A DNA stretch of 64,000 nucleotides from a virus. Position 1 is the first letter of the stretch; each line of letters begins with the position of its first letter. Of the stretch, positions 29,294 to 38,551 are shown one piece after another. The DNA is taken from positions 27,969 to 91,968 of the IMG/VR virus record IMGVR_UViG_3300043449_002675; one strand, 5' to 3'. The notes under the pieces were generated by a model. That model was not told the DNA's origin. It was given only the letters and a program-made list of their open reading frames with translations, and made no database searches. Position numbers and translations under genes: made by a program.

Positions 29294-29749
29294 ATGACGG
29301 CTTCTAATGTACAAAAGCCGGTACACGATTTGGGTGTAGCGGCTTTTATTCTAATGCAGTCTTTTCAATTGGCAGGAAGAAAAGAAAAAAGTTTTATTTT
29401 CTCCGTGCCAAAAGAAAAACTAAAAGAATTCGAAGACAATAAAACAGCATATCTTTTTAGTGAATTTCACTACTTTGATCACTGCCTAATGGGTCTGAAA
29501 AAACTTGAAGAATACCCTTTCAGTATAAATTCTAATAAATTTGTTACAGATTTGGGTGCTGCTGCATTTTTATTAATGCATAAGTTCAAGTTGGTGGGCA
29601 AAAAAGGACGTGCATTTTACTTCGAATGCAACAGCAAGGAAGATGAATCGCAGTTTGATGATTTAAACTTGCAGTATGCATCTTCAGTATTTCATGACTT
29701 CGATAGCAAGCTTATGAGTCTTAAAAAAATAGGCGAATTCAGCAGATAA
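29294..29749 (+). CDS. Tandem two-domain protein (DUF5659-like)
   Basis: Internal duplication of DLGxAAFxLMxxFxLxGxK...F...FD..LMxLKK. Confidence 0.6.
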   Translation: MTASNVQKPVHDLGVAAFILMQSFQLAGRKEKSFIFSVPKEKLKEFEDNKTAYLFSEFHYFDHCLMGLKKLEEYPFSINSNKFVTDLGAAAFLLMHKFKLVGKKGRAFYFECNSKEDESQFDDLNLQYASSVFHDFDSKLMSLKKIGEFSR

Positions 29750-29773
29750 AATATATATAACTATTGAGGTTAT

Positions 29774-31033
29774 ATGACTAATTTAGCAAAACTTACAGAA
29801 GCTGCCAAAATATGCTTGACACAAAAGCAATATTTTGGACTTGTTGATAAGATCACGAAACATATAGATGATAGTGTTGCTAAACTGGGTCTAGAACTTA
29901 AGTTGAGTGGTAAAACCATGCCAAAAAGGGGCATGTTTGATCGCCTAAAAAACTGGTGGTCAAACATGTGGCATGGCCACTCAAATGAAAAAAATCCATA
30001 TTACCAGCAAAATAAACTTGGATACTGGGGCAGACCTAGTATGCGAAATGAGATGACTCTCCATGAGTATAAGTTGCTGAAAGATCAATCTGAATCACTA
30101 GAAACAGTTCTGAACGAACGGCTTGCTCTTGATGATTTACTGGATGATTGGCTGCGTAATTTGAAACGAGACGTATTCGATTACATGAGTCAATTCTATT
30201 ACAAGAATGCTAGTACTGACTCTGGGCAAGCATCTGGCGGAGGCAGTCCTCCTGATGACGGATTACCACCATCATCACCAGTTTCATCAACTGCGGCTCC
30301 AGAAGAAACACAATCTCATACGACAAATTTTGAGCCTGAACCAGAAGAAGAAACTGATTCCGATACAGATACTGATACAGGTGATGATATAGGTGATGAA
30401 GTTTCGCCTGCCGAGACAGGAGAAGAAGGCAGCAGTGGCGATTCTGGCGAGGAAACGACTGATAGTTCTAAGTTTTCTCCATTTGATATAACAGGTGCTG
30501 CTGGCGATGAAGACAATCGTGCGTTAAGTTTTCTTAAAATTAGAAAACAAGGTGGCGGAGATCAAAGCGGAGAGCAAAAAAGCGCAACAGATGACTTTTT
30601 AAAATCTTCAGGAACAACTGCTCCACCCGTTTCTGAGGATGATCCATTTTTAAAGTCATTTGAGCGGATGAAAACAGGTCGCCCTAAACGAAGAATTGGA
30701 ACAGATGTAATACGTGCCCCTTTGTCCACCCGACCTACAGGCAGCGGCAAGAAACAAGGTCAAGCTGGCGATAAAGGTGCAGAAACTCCAGCTGTTTCAA
30801 AACCTGCTGCGCCTTTAAGTACTGATAGTTTATTAGCCAAAATAAAAGGGTCACGTTGGACGAAGCGGGAAGAATCATCTGCCTCCGCACATAAAAAAGT
30901 TTTAAATGAAAAGTTTAGAATATCTAAAAAGGATATGGAAAATACCACCCTATATGAGAGAACTCTGGTGTGCTTAGATAAAATGAGAGAACTCAAGTCT
31001 GAAACATTTGCAGAAGATCTTCTACGTTCTTAG
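29774..31033 (+). CDS. Low-complexity protein with acidic middle and basic C-terminus, possible internal head protein
   Basis: LTE and LNE putative gp21 sites; disordered D/E/S/T/G-rich region. Confidence 0.5.
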   Translation: MTNLAKLTEAAKICLTQKQYFGLVDKITKHIDDSVAKLGLELKLSGKTMPKRGMFDRLKNWWSNMWHGHSNEKNPYYQQNKLGYWGRPSMRNEMTLHEYKLLKDQSESLETVLNERLALDDLLDDWLRNLKRDVFDYMSQFYYKNASTDSGQASGGGSPPDDGLPPSSPVSSTAAPEETQSHTTNFEPEPEEETDSDTDTDTGDDIGDEVSPAETGEEGSSGDSGEETTDSSKFSPFDITGAAGDEDNRALSFLKIRKQGGGDQSGEQKSATDDFLKSSGTTAPPVSEDDPFLKSFERMKTGRPKRRIGTDVIRAPLSTRPTGSGKKQGQAGDKGAETPAVSKPAAPLSTDSLLAKIKGSRWTKREESSASAHKKVLNEKFRISKKDMENTTLYERTLVCLDKMRELKSETFAEDLLRS

Positions 31034-31331
31034 GCGGTTCTGTAGTATCAGATACCGCCACCGTCTTGCTTTTTTCTTCTGGTTCTTCTATTTCGACTAC
31101 TTTTTCTTCGGCTATAGAAATAATTTTATCAAAAAATAAAAAATTCAAACATTTGGTTTTTATATGTTCATACCAAATTCCTGACTCATCAATTTTAGTA
31201 ACTTTGCCTACAAAATAATCAATCATGCTTTGTTCGTCGAATGATCTGTTTATGGATGGAACAATAAATGTAACAACTTTGTCTATGAAATACCCAAGTT
31301 CTCTTCTTTGCGCACCTGAAAGGTTCATCAT
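30993..31331 (-). CDS. Hypothetical protein (small beta-barrel-like)
   Basis: Coupled downstream of primase; FVGKVTKIDESGIW. Confidence 0.55.
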   Translation of the reverse strand: MMNLSGAQRRELGYFIDKVVTFIVPSINRSFDEQSMIDYFVGKVTKIDESGIWYEHIKTKCLNFLFFDKIISIAEEKVVEIEEPEEKSKTVAVSDTTEPPKNVEDLLQMFQT

Positions 31332-32320
31332 ATCTCCATTTTCTTGATATTTTGATTAATGTATGCCAAAACAATTTTATCATCAAATTTTTTATACAAT
31401 TCATTCCAATCTTTTGTAATTTCTGGAGGTCTAACAGTCATTACATCATTATAATTGTTGTATTGGATTATTTTGTTGTACATGTTTATTTTTTCTTGGT
31501 CGCCAGCCTCATCTGCATCTAAAGCAATGACTATGTTATAGTAGGATAGAATAATTGATTGTTTTTCACTTAGGAATTTACCGCCGCAGGCTGCGCTTTT
31601 CAATCCACATAGATGTAAGGAATAAGCATCAAATTCTCCTTCACATAAAAACAAAGTATCGCCAATTTCTGGGAACTTGGGGAAATAAATTACATCTTCT
31701 TTGCCAACCCCAATAGCCTTTTCTGGGCCTTTATACCTTAGCGGATTGTTTCCAAGATCTCGGCTGTTAAAATAAACAAGTTTTTTTGCAGAATTGTAAT
31801 ATGGGATTATTACTCTGTTTTCATATTTTCCAGAAGTGCATACCATGAAATCTTCAACGGGGATTTTCCTTGATGCGAGATACTCAGAGGCTCTCTTGTG
31901 ATAGACTGTCGGAGCTTTGTTTATTTCATAAACATTTGGGGGCAAACTAATTACTTTTTGTTCTTTTTCGTAATCGAGATCAACTCTTTCATCCAAAAAA
32001 TTTATGTCGAAGTCAATTTCATCTGTATAGTGCCTGAATGTACTTTGTATTCCAAGCAATTCCATGGCTTTTTGTCTGGTACACTTTTCTACTTCCATAA
32101 CCAAACTAATTAATGTGCCTTTTTTATTTGTTTTCCAGCAGTGATAAACGCCGTATCGTATTTGGTTTTTACCGCCAGAGGGATTGCACCATAATTTTTT
32201 CTTCCTATCTTCTGTAAAGATAGAATCTACGCAAATTTCATCTCCTTTAATATCAACGGAGCCGAATTTTGTTTGTGCCCAATCTAAAAATTTATCGTAC
32301 AAGGTGTCCATAGATATCAC
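31328..32320 (-). CDS. DNA primase (TOPRIM)
   Basis: YHCWK Zn-finger remnant; YLASRKI; RVIIPYY; LCEGEFDA; IALDADEAG. Confidence 0.88.
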   Translation of the reverse strand: MISMDTLYDKFLDWAQTKFGSVDIKGDEICVDSIFTEDRKKKLWCNPSGGKNQIRYGVYHCWKTNKKGTLISLVMEVEKCTRQKAMELLGIQSTFRHYTDEIDFDINFLDERVDLDYEKEQKVISLPPNVYEINKAPTVYHKRASEYLASRKIPVEDFMVCTSGKYENRVIIPYYNSAKKLVYFNSRDLGNNPLRYKGPEKAIGVGKEDVIYFPKFPEIGDTLFLCEGEFDAYSLHLCGLKSAACGGKFLSEKQSIILSYYNIVIALDADEAGDQEKINMYNKIIQYNNYNDVMTVRPPEITKDWNELYKKFDDKIVLAYINQNIKKMEI

Positions 32321-32334
32321 CTATAATTATTCAT

Positions 32335-33102
32335 ATGAACATAGAACATCTAAGCGTTAGCCGAAGCGGATGCTTTGACCAATGCAAACAACAGTACAAA
32401 TTTAGGTATCACCTCAAGGTGATACCTGCAAGGCCAGAACAGCTCTATTTTACTTATGGTAAACTTGTTCATACCGCTGCTGAGCTTTACGTATTAGGCA
32501 AAGGAAGTCGCCCCATAACTGACATTGTAAGCGATTTGCTGCAAGGAAGAATTGATTTTGAAGGCAGCGACAACATTTGCAATTTAGATGATTCGTATTA
32601 TAAAAAGCTATACAAGCATGTTGCTTTTATACAAAGATTTACAGAAAAGGTGGGTTTCGACGGAGAGATAGAATATGAAATCAAGTATGATCTTGATCCG
32701 CCAAACAACAAAAACTTTTTGGGATATATTGATCGTTTGATTTTGAAAAATGATGAAGCAATAATTATTGATTACAAAACTTCAAAAAACAATGCATGGC
32801 GCAAAAACAAAGTTACAATTAAAAAGGATTTACAATTAAATGCATATGCATTGCATGTTCATGAAAAATTTGGAATTGCACCAGAAAAAATACAGGCAGC
32901 TTTGGTTTATCTGGAAGACCCGCAAGTGGTCAGCACTTCTTTTACCAAAAAAGGCTTGGAAGAAACAAAAAACATTTTGAAAAACGCTTATTATTCAATT
33001 GAATCTTTCCCCGAGGATAAGGTAAAAGGTAACGTAGGACATCACTGCACACGATGTGATTATCAAGACGTTTGCCCGTTTTTTGACAGGGCTTCCTTTT
33101 AG
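32335..33102 (+). CDS. PD-(D/E)xK exonuclease, RecB/Cas4-like with Fe-S-type Cys
   Basis: HLSVS...C...Y; GYIDRL; IIDYKTS; QLNAYA; C-terminal CTRCDYQDVCP. Confidence 0.88.
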   Translation: MNIEHLSVSRSGCFDQCKQQYKFRYHLKVIPARPEQLYFTYGKLVHTAAELYVLGKGSRPITDIVSDLLQGRIDFEGSDNICNLDDSYYKKLYKHVAFIQRFTEKVGFDGEIEYEIKYDLDPPNNKNFLGYIDRLILKNDEAIIIDYKTSKNNAWRKNKVTIKKDLQLNAYALHVHEKFGIAPEKIQAALVYLEDPQVVSTSFTKKGLEETKNILKNAYYSIESFPEDKVKGNVGHHCTRCDYQDVCPFFDRASF

Positions 33103-33109
33103 GTGGATC

Positions 33110-33586
33110 ATGGCCAAAGCATATACTTTCTACATTTATAACCATCTTCTGTTTTTGAATGAGAATCAAAGATACGACTTATTCGCCTGCGTGCCTGTAA
33201 AAACAACTGGCATCATGATGAAGTCCAAATTGAGCACAAAAGACCTAGACCCACAGTCAATAAATGAAATTTTTTGCAATTACATAATAGATTGCAACAT
33301 ATCAGAGAACGCAATTGAAATGATGGATAACAAAATAGTAATCCATTTGCCCGCACAAGGAAGTTACGATGAATTTCCTCCTTTCCAGCCCCACAATCTT
33401 GAGAAATATGATCTCTATGATTTGTTGAATAGAAGTGAGGGCGGAAGAGAAGAGTTATTTTATGAAACTGTGAGTGAGGACTTGGCCAGAAAGGTCAAGT
33501 CATATCACAAAATTGAAATCAAGGACGAAAAGCAGTTTGATGATACAGTTGAATTTGTCTCATTTAACATGAGCCAAGTGTCATAG
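33110..33586 (+). CDS. Hypothetical protein
   Basis: AGGTGG SD before ATG 33110. Confidence 0.55.
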   Translation: MAKAYTFYIYNHLLFLNENQRYDLFACVPVKTTGIMMKSKLSTKDLDPQSINEIFCNYIIDCNISENAIEMMDNKIVIHLPAQGSYDEFPPFQPHNLEKYDLYDLLNRSEGGREELFYETVSEDLARKVKSYHKIEIKDEKQFDDTVEFVSFNMSQVS

Positions 33587-34070
33587 CAAACTTCATGCTG
33601 ACTACGTTTCCTGCGGTGATATACAGAGTGGTTCCGAATGAAATAGTGCTTATAAGCAGACCTGAGTATCCTGTATTCACGTTGCAAAGAAACATGTCAG
33701 TAGCGGAGTAACCAGCTCCAGAGCCGGTAAATGAAATTGTTGTGCTTCTTACTTTTGGAGGTGTAACTGCGGGAACAAATTCAAAATTTGTCCCATTTAC
33801 CAAAGGTTGTCTTTGGTATCCGTTACCAGATGGTTCCCCCGATATATCTGCCATAGTTTGACTTGCCGTGATAGTCGAACGATTGTCTAGTCCTACATAG
33901 TATTCCACTGGAACTGTCGTTCCCATAAACATGCAGCTCAATATTAAAGATTGACCGCCGTAATTCAAAACATTTCGGATGTTTTCTTTTTTATAGATTA
34001 TGTTATTTGTATCCTTTTCGGTTACAAGCAGCTCTTCTAGTACAACTAAACCATTCCACGGCTTTTCCAT
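33564..34070 (-). CDS. Putative virion protein, distantly similar to 12381-12899
   Basis: NVLNYGGQSLIL; EPSGNGYQRQ; canonical TATAAATA upstream. Confidence 0.55.
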   Translation of the reverse strand: MEKPWNGLVVLEELLVTEKDTNNIIYKKENIRNVLNYGGQSLILSCMFMGTTVPVEYYVGLDNRSTITASQTMADISGEPSGNGYQRQPLVNGTNFEFVPAVTPPKVRSTTISFTGSGAGYSATDMFLCNVNTGYSGLLISTISFGTTLYITAGNVVSMKFAMTLGSC

Positions 34071-34087
34071 AATACACCTTTTAATGT

Positions 34088-34095
34088 TATTTATA
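34088..34095 (-). promoter_or_regulatory. T4-type late promoter TATAAATA
   Basis: Exact consensus 17 nt upstream of ATG 34070, with AAGGTG SD in between. Confidence 0.6.
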
Positions 34096-34114
34096 TCAAC
34101 TTCATATATATTTT

Positions 34115-34561
34115 ATGCATTTTAAAGAATGGTTGCTACAAAATGAAACGGCAGGAGATAGTTGGATTGATCCAACTGCGCAGCCTATACAATGGCTATT
34201 ACGAGCCCAAATAAACGGCGCTCCATTACAGGGCGTTATGAATTTGAGTGATTATCCGCCCGGAAGTATAAGAGATCCGTATAAAGCGGACTTGCTTGCT
34301 AAATTAACAAATTACTTCAAAAGACATAAAAAAGACAAAAAAGATGATATAAAGTTTCATCATGCAAATGAATCATTGAAAAGTAGTGATACCGTTCATG
34401 AAAAGCTTGTAAAGTGGTACATGAAAATGAAGCCTAAAATGCCGAGACCACAGGAATTTAAAGACGCTCCTGACCAGTATACGACTGCTGGCTGGGATGC
34501 CGTAGGTGAGCCGGATACTGGTCAGAGAGCAAATTTCAAAGTTTTACCGAGTTACACTTAG
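34115..34561 (+). CDS. Putative internal head protein (CTS-like N-terminus)
   Basis: MHFKEWLLQNE resembles the T4 capsid-targeting sequence MKTYQEFIAE. Confidence 0.5.
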   Translation: MHFKEWLLQNETAGDSWIDPTAQPIQWLLRAQINGAPLQGVMNLSDYPPGSIRDPYKADLLAKLTNYFKRHKKDKKDDIKFHHANESLKSSDTVHEKLVKWYMKMKPKMPRPQEFKDAPDQYTTAGWDAVGEPDTGQRANFKVLPSYT

Positions 34562-34857
34562 TCGCCGAGACTTTCATCGTCATCGTCTTCGTCGTCCCAG
34601 TCTTCGTCGGCGTCGTCGTCGTCATCTTCCCATTCGTCATCATCTTCGTAGTCGTCCTCATCCTCATCATCGTCGTCTTCATCCTCATCGGGATCTTCCC
34701 ATAAATCATCCTCTTCTTCTTCTTCTTCGTCCTCATCTCCATCCATCCATTCTTCTTCCCAACCATCCTCATCGTCCTCATCTTCATCCTCTGGGTAGGA
34801 TATTGCGCCGATGACAGGGTCGAGATACCTCTCTTCAATTAAATCCAAAATAGTCAT
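34558..34857 (-). CDS. Hyper-acidic 99-aa protein
   Basis: About 77-aa Asp/Glu tract punctuated by W/Y; AGGAGG SD plus hairpin upstream. Confidence 0.7.
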   Translation of the reverse strand: MTILDLIEERYLDPVIGAISYPEDEDEDDEDGWEEEWMDGDEDEEEEEEDDLWEDPDEDEDDDDEDEDDYEDDDEWEDDDDDADEDWDDEDDDDESLGD

Positions 34858-34938
34858 AATTTTGGGGAGAAGTATCTCCCCCTCCTTTCTGTTAATAAAA
34901 ATATTATATGTAACAACAAGTAATTTATAAAAATATTT

Positions 34939-36615
34939 TTATGTATTTTGAGAATTACATAGATTGCTGTTATATCTTGCTGTACCGCAGCTGCCATTGT
35001 ATCTGGTACCTGTGCAACTGTTATATCTGCATGCGCAGCTAGAAATTATCTTAGGCTGTGGTTTTTGAGCGCATCCACAGCTTCCATATGTACAGCAACC
35101 TGTGTTATTTTTACATTTCCAGCATTTGCCAAATTCTGGATTGCCGGGAACTAGACAGTTATTAGTAAATCCATTATCACCACAGCAGCTAATGAATTTA
35201 CGTACTAAACTGTTACTATCATCCTTATACCATTGCTTGTCTTCTTCGGGACCATACATATTATTTTCAATGATGTCTATTAAACAACATTTTGCACTTT
35301 CGCATGCTTCATTTTCTGTTGCACACATTTGCATCCATTCTCCATCATCGTTGTAAAGTGCTTCGTCGCATGGCAAACTCACTTTAAGCTGCATAATTTC
35401 GTCCAAGTATTCATTTGTGCTTGAAGCAAAAACAACATCTCCAAGCAAGTCAGAAGCCATGGCCTCGCCTTTGTTAATTACTACCAATTGATCCTCCGTT
35501 TTACTTTCATTCAATAAGGTTTTGTTTACATCAAATTTTTTCTCATAGTAGAGAGCAGATTGTGCTCCTAACATTTTCGACATTAGATTTCTGGAAATGA
35601 ATATGTTAGTCATTTGCTCAGCAATCGAAGGGCTTTTCATTTTCATTACTTCGACCCAAGTTTTACAAAATACAGGCATGAAATTAGCTGATGCAGGCGC
35701 TTTTTTGCATGCGAGGATGAAGGTTTCTGCCAACAAATCTCTTGCTTGATTTACAGCAGCCTCATTTTTGCCAAACATTTCATATGCTTTAACAAAACAC
35801 TGGTAAAATGCACCAGTCATGACACGGCTGAAGCTATGAGGCTCGGATGCCAATTGGTCATTAGGCGCATTTTTAGGTAGGTTTTTGGGGTCTGTGTAAA
35901 GGAAATTATTCAATCCCTTTCTTAAAGCCCCGCCCAAGCCTAACCCGATGCCAAATTGCTCTGCCAAACCTTCAACAATGTTTGGTTTACGTAAATCACC
36001 GCCAGTTTTGGCCAACATGTCTTTGACAACAAGAGGTTGTGCAAGCATAGAAAGAATGGCCATAATATCACCAAAGCTTTCATGGAACGCCCAAATCTCT
36101 GCAGATGCCATATTGAAAAACTCTGGACGCATGCCATCCAAAAGTGCATGTCCTAGCTCATGAGTTACAATGTCAGCTGATAGACATGTAAAAATCTTTT
36201 GGTTTTGCTTGTTATTAAAATAGAAAAACTTAAGATTTTGCCTGTCGTAGAATGCATTTGCTTGCACTCCAGCTAAGGGATCTACATTTAACATTTGGAC
36301 TAATGCCCATTTGTTTAATTCGGCTCGGCGATTCAAATAATTAATACTGTGGCAAAGTACAGCATAAGTATTAGCGGCTTGCCCAGCAGAACGATCTAGA
36401 GGACCGCCGTTTCCGGTGTAATATTTAACATTAAAGTTAAGTTTGTAAGTGGCGGGATTGATAGCCAAACCCATCAATTCAGGGGTGGTTGGGTCATTCA
36501 GATAATATTTAATTTTTACACTATTCAAATCAAGTTGCTCTTGAGCATGCAACTCTTCGCCTTCGGTAAAATTTGATTTAAATTTTGAAAACAGATTTTT
36601 AAAGAAATTTATCAT
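34939..36615 (-). CDS. Zinc metalloprotease (thermolysin M4 / fungalysin M36-like) with Cys-rich C-terminus
   Basis: NAFYD; DIVTHELGHALLD (HExxH); AFHESFGD third ligand; EPH. Confidence 0.85.
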   Translation of the reverse strand: MINFFKNLFSKFKSNFTEGEELHAQEQLDLNSVKIKYYLNDPTTPELMGLAINPATYKLNFNVKYYTGNGGPLDRSAGQAANTYAVLCHSINYLNRRAELNKWALVQMLNVDPLAGVQANAFYDRQNLKFFYFNNKQNQKIFTCLSADIVTHELGHALLDGMRPEFFNMASAEIWAFHESFGDIMAILSMLAQPLVVKDMLAKTGGDLRKPNIVEGLAEQFGIGLGLGGALRKGLNNFLYTDPKNLPKNAPNDQLASEPHSFSRVMTGAFYQCFVKAYEMFGKNEAAVNQARDLLAETFILACKKAPASANFMPVFCKTWVEVMKMKSPSIAEQMTNIFISRNLMSKMLGAQSALYYEKKFDVNKTLLNESKTEDQLVVINKGEAMASDLLGDVVFASSTNEYLDEIMQLKVSLPCDEALYNDDGEWMQMCATENEACESAKCCLIDIIENNMYGPEEDKQWYKDDSNSLVRKFISCCGDNGFTNNCLVPGNPEFGKCWKCKNNTGCCTYGSCGCAQKPQPKIISSCACRYNSCTGTRYNGSCGTARYNSNLCNSQNT

Positions 36616-36667
36616 AAGAAACCCTTTCTATAATATTTATTATGTAGTTTCCAGAAAAAGAGGACAT

Positions 36668-37183
36668 ATGGGTGTAGAAGATAGAATTATAGAGATTCGT
36701 ACATCAGAAGCTATCAGAAAGAATTTGATGGGGCAAGAAGGCAAATTGTATCTGATCGCAAAATTCATGGGTCATCCTATTGTTAAACAGTCTCAAGACA
36801 TAAGCTATTTAAATTTTGAAATGTTTAATGAAGATCCAGATACTATCCCAATCATGGACAGTGATGTTACAAGTTATGAAATAGGCTACACATTTGATGG
36901 ATTATCAAGAGGTTTGAATTTGGAGATACTTTGCAAAGACTATGAGGGTGTTATAAAAATGTCTTGGGAAGGCAGATGCTATTACCAAGAAGAAAACAAT
37001 TCATTGCAGAGATATGTTCCCGATGAAAGGTTAGAGAAAATTATTGATAGTCTTTATAATGTTGTTGAACAGAGAATAAAGGAAGAATATAGAAAAATTA
37101 AGAAGCAAGAAATAAAAGAAGCGCCTAAGTTGGAACAAGAAGAACTTAGACGCTTGAGAGATAAGTGGGGAGATGCAATTTAG
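36668..37183 (+). CDS. Hypothetical protein
   Basis: GAGGA SD; intact ORF. Confidence 0.6.
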   Translation: MGVEDRIIEIRTSEAIRKNLMGQEGKLYLIAKFMGHPIVKQSQDISYLNFEMFNEDPDTIPIMDSDVTSYEIGYTFDGLSRGLNLEILCKDYEGVIKMSWEGRCYYQEENNSLQRYVPDERLEKIIDSLYNVVEQRIKEEYRKIKKQEIKEAPKLEQEELRRLRDKWGDAI

Positions 37184-38022
37184 GGAGGGCTAATTAAATC
37201 TCCGCTTTGTAATGTATAAGGAGTTTCCAATTTCGCACACAAGGTTGTTCCGCTGTAAAGATAGTAAGTTTTCTTTGCAGCATCACCAACTGTGGCTCCA
37301 GCGTAGTATTTTAATTCTTCAGTCAATTGCCCAGAAGTATTATACACTGTATTATAGAATAAATAAGCGTCGTTACTTCCTCTCATTAACTGCCAATCAG
37401 CCAATGGAGCGTTTGGATCCATGCCTTGCCATTGAATTAGCTGTGCTTCGTATGGATTAGCACCGGGATCTAACAAAATTATTCTGTCTGGCCCTAGAGT
37501 AGGAAACTGGAATCTTTCCTGCATATCCCAACGTGTAAAATAAGTAGGAAGTTCACGGATTGGAGCGCTTCTGTTGTATTGAAGTACTGTTTCGGCTCCA
37601 GTGTTTTGAATATATGCTCTGAAGTGGCCGCCACCAGCATTCTTTGTGTACTTGATTAGAACAGATGAAGGAGCGAATTGATAATATTGCGAAGAAAATA
37701 CACTAGCTTGGAACATGGTATTAAAAATCGCATTGCTATTCAGGCTAGATGCAACTTCGGCTGCAGTCACAGCACTCATGTTTGCGCCAGTAATTGTAAT
37801 ATTTAAGGGGCTATAACCCAGCAAGCTTGGGTCATACGCATAATACATGGTAAGGACGTTATTGCCGGGAGCAGATAGGTCGTAGGGACCAACCTGCTTG
37901 TTTACCATGTAATCTGGGCGATTTGTATTGCCCGGAACATTCCAAGTGGTTTGATACTGTCTGTCTGAACCAAATAATGAACCACGAAACTCAAAATTAA
38001 ATACATTCTGGAAAAAAGGCAT
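37180..38022 (-). CDS. Hypothetical, probably virion protein
   Basis: N/T/Y/G-rich; AVTAAEVASSLN motif seen in structural proteins. Confidence 0.5.
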   Translation of the reverse strand: MPFFQNVFNFEFRGSLFGSDRQYQTTWNVPGNTNRPDYMVNKQVGPYDLSAPGNNVLTMYYAYDPSLLGYSPLNITITGANMSAVTAAEVASSLNSNAIFNTMFQASVFSSQYYQFAPSSVLIKYTKNAGGGHFRAYIQNTGAETVLQYNRSAPIRELPTYFTRWDMQERFQFPTLGPDRIILLDPGANPYEAQLIQWQGMDPNAPLADWQLMRGSNDAYLFYNTVYNTSGQLTEELKYYAGATVGDAAKKTYYLYSGTTLCAKLETPYTLQSGDLISPP

Positions 38023-38040
38023 TTTTACCCCTTAATAGTC

Positions 38041-38499
38041 CTAAAGACCCTTTAATATCATCTTATAGTTATCTACATCCTCTCTGCTTTTTTTGATCTG
38101 CTCCTCATAGAATATTTCCATCCATCTTCTATCAGGATCGTCTAACAGACCCAAATTGTCAGAAATACGAGAAGAATAATTTTTTACCACATCCGATTCC
38201 ATTTTGTGAGCGAAAGTCATTAGTTCCTTTAGATCGGTAGAAATAACGTATGGATAATTCGTGTAAACTTCCTCTGCTTCCGTCAAATCTACTCCTAAAC
38301 CCAACAAGGCATTTTGGAATTGGATGACATGCTGAAGCTCTCCCTGAGCTTCTTTTTCAAAAAGCTCTTTAAATTCTTCCCTGTGTGGGCCGCAAACAGT
38401 TGAGGCTGCTGTGGCGTAAAATAGAAGGTGCGTGCGTTCATTCTTTAGGTCGCCAAGCATGAAATTAACAAATAAGGCGTAATCGGCATTCTTCAGCAT
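38041..38499 (-). CDS. Ferritin-like four-helix protein
   Basis: E...EAQGELQH...E...Y...E di-metal-ligand pattern. Confidence 0.7.
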   Translation of the reverse strand: MLKNADYALFVNFMLGDLKNERTHLLFYATAASTVCGPHREEFKELFEKEAQGELQHVIQFQNALLGLGVDLTEAEEVYTNYPYVISTDLKELMTFAHKMESDVVKNYSSRISDNLGLLDDPDRRWMEIFYEEQIKKSREDVDNYKMILKGL

Positions 38500-38551
38500 T
38501 TTAAGTCCCTCCTACTATAGATATTATAGTGTTATTATTAAGTAGTAAAAT

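Noticed and set aside
32335-33102. Cas4-like nuclease as evidence of a CRISPR-Cas system
   Set aside because: No repeat-spacer array or other cas genes seen; stand-alone Cas4/RecB-like nucleases are common in phages
34506-34838. Arg/His-rich and Met/Thr/Lys-rich alternative ORFs over the acidic gene
   Set aside because: Shadow frames of the GAN-codon tract; only the acidic frame has an SD arrangement
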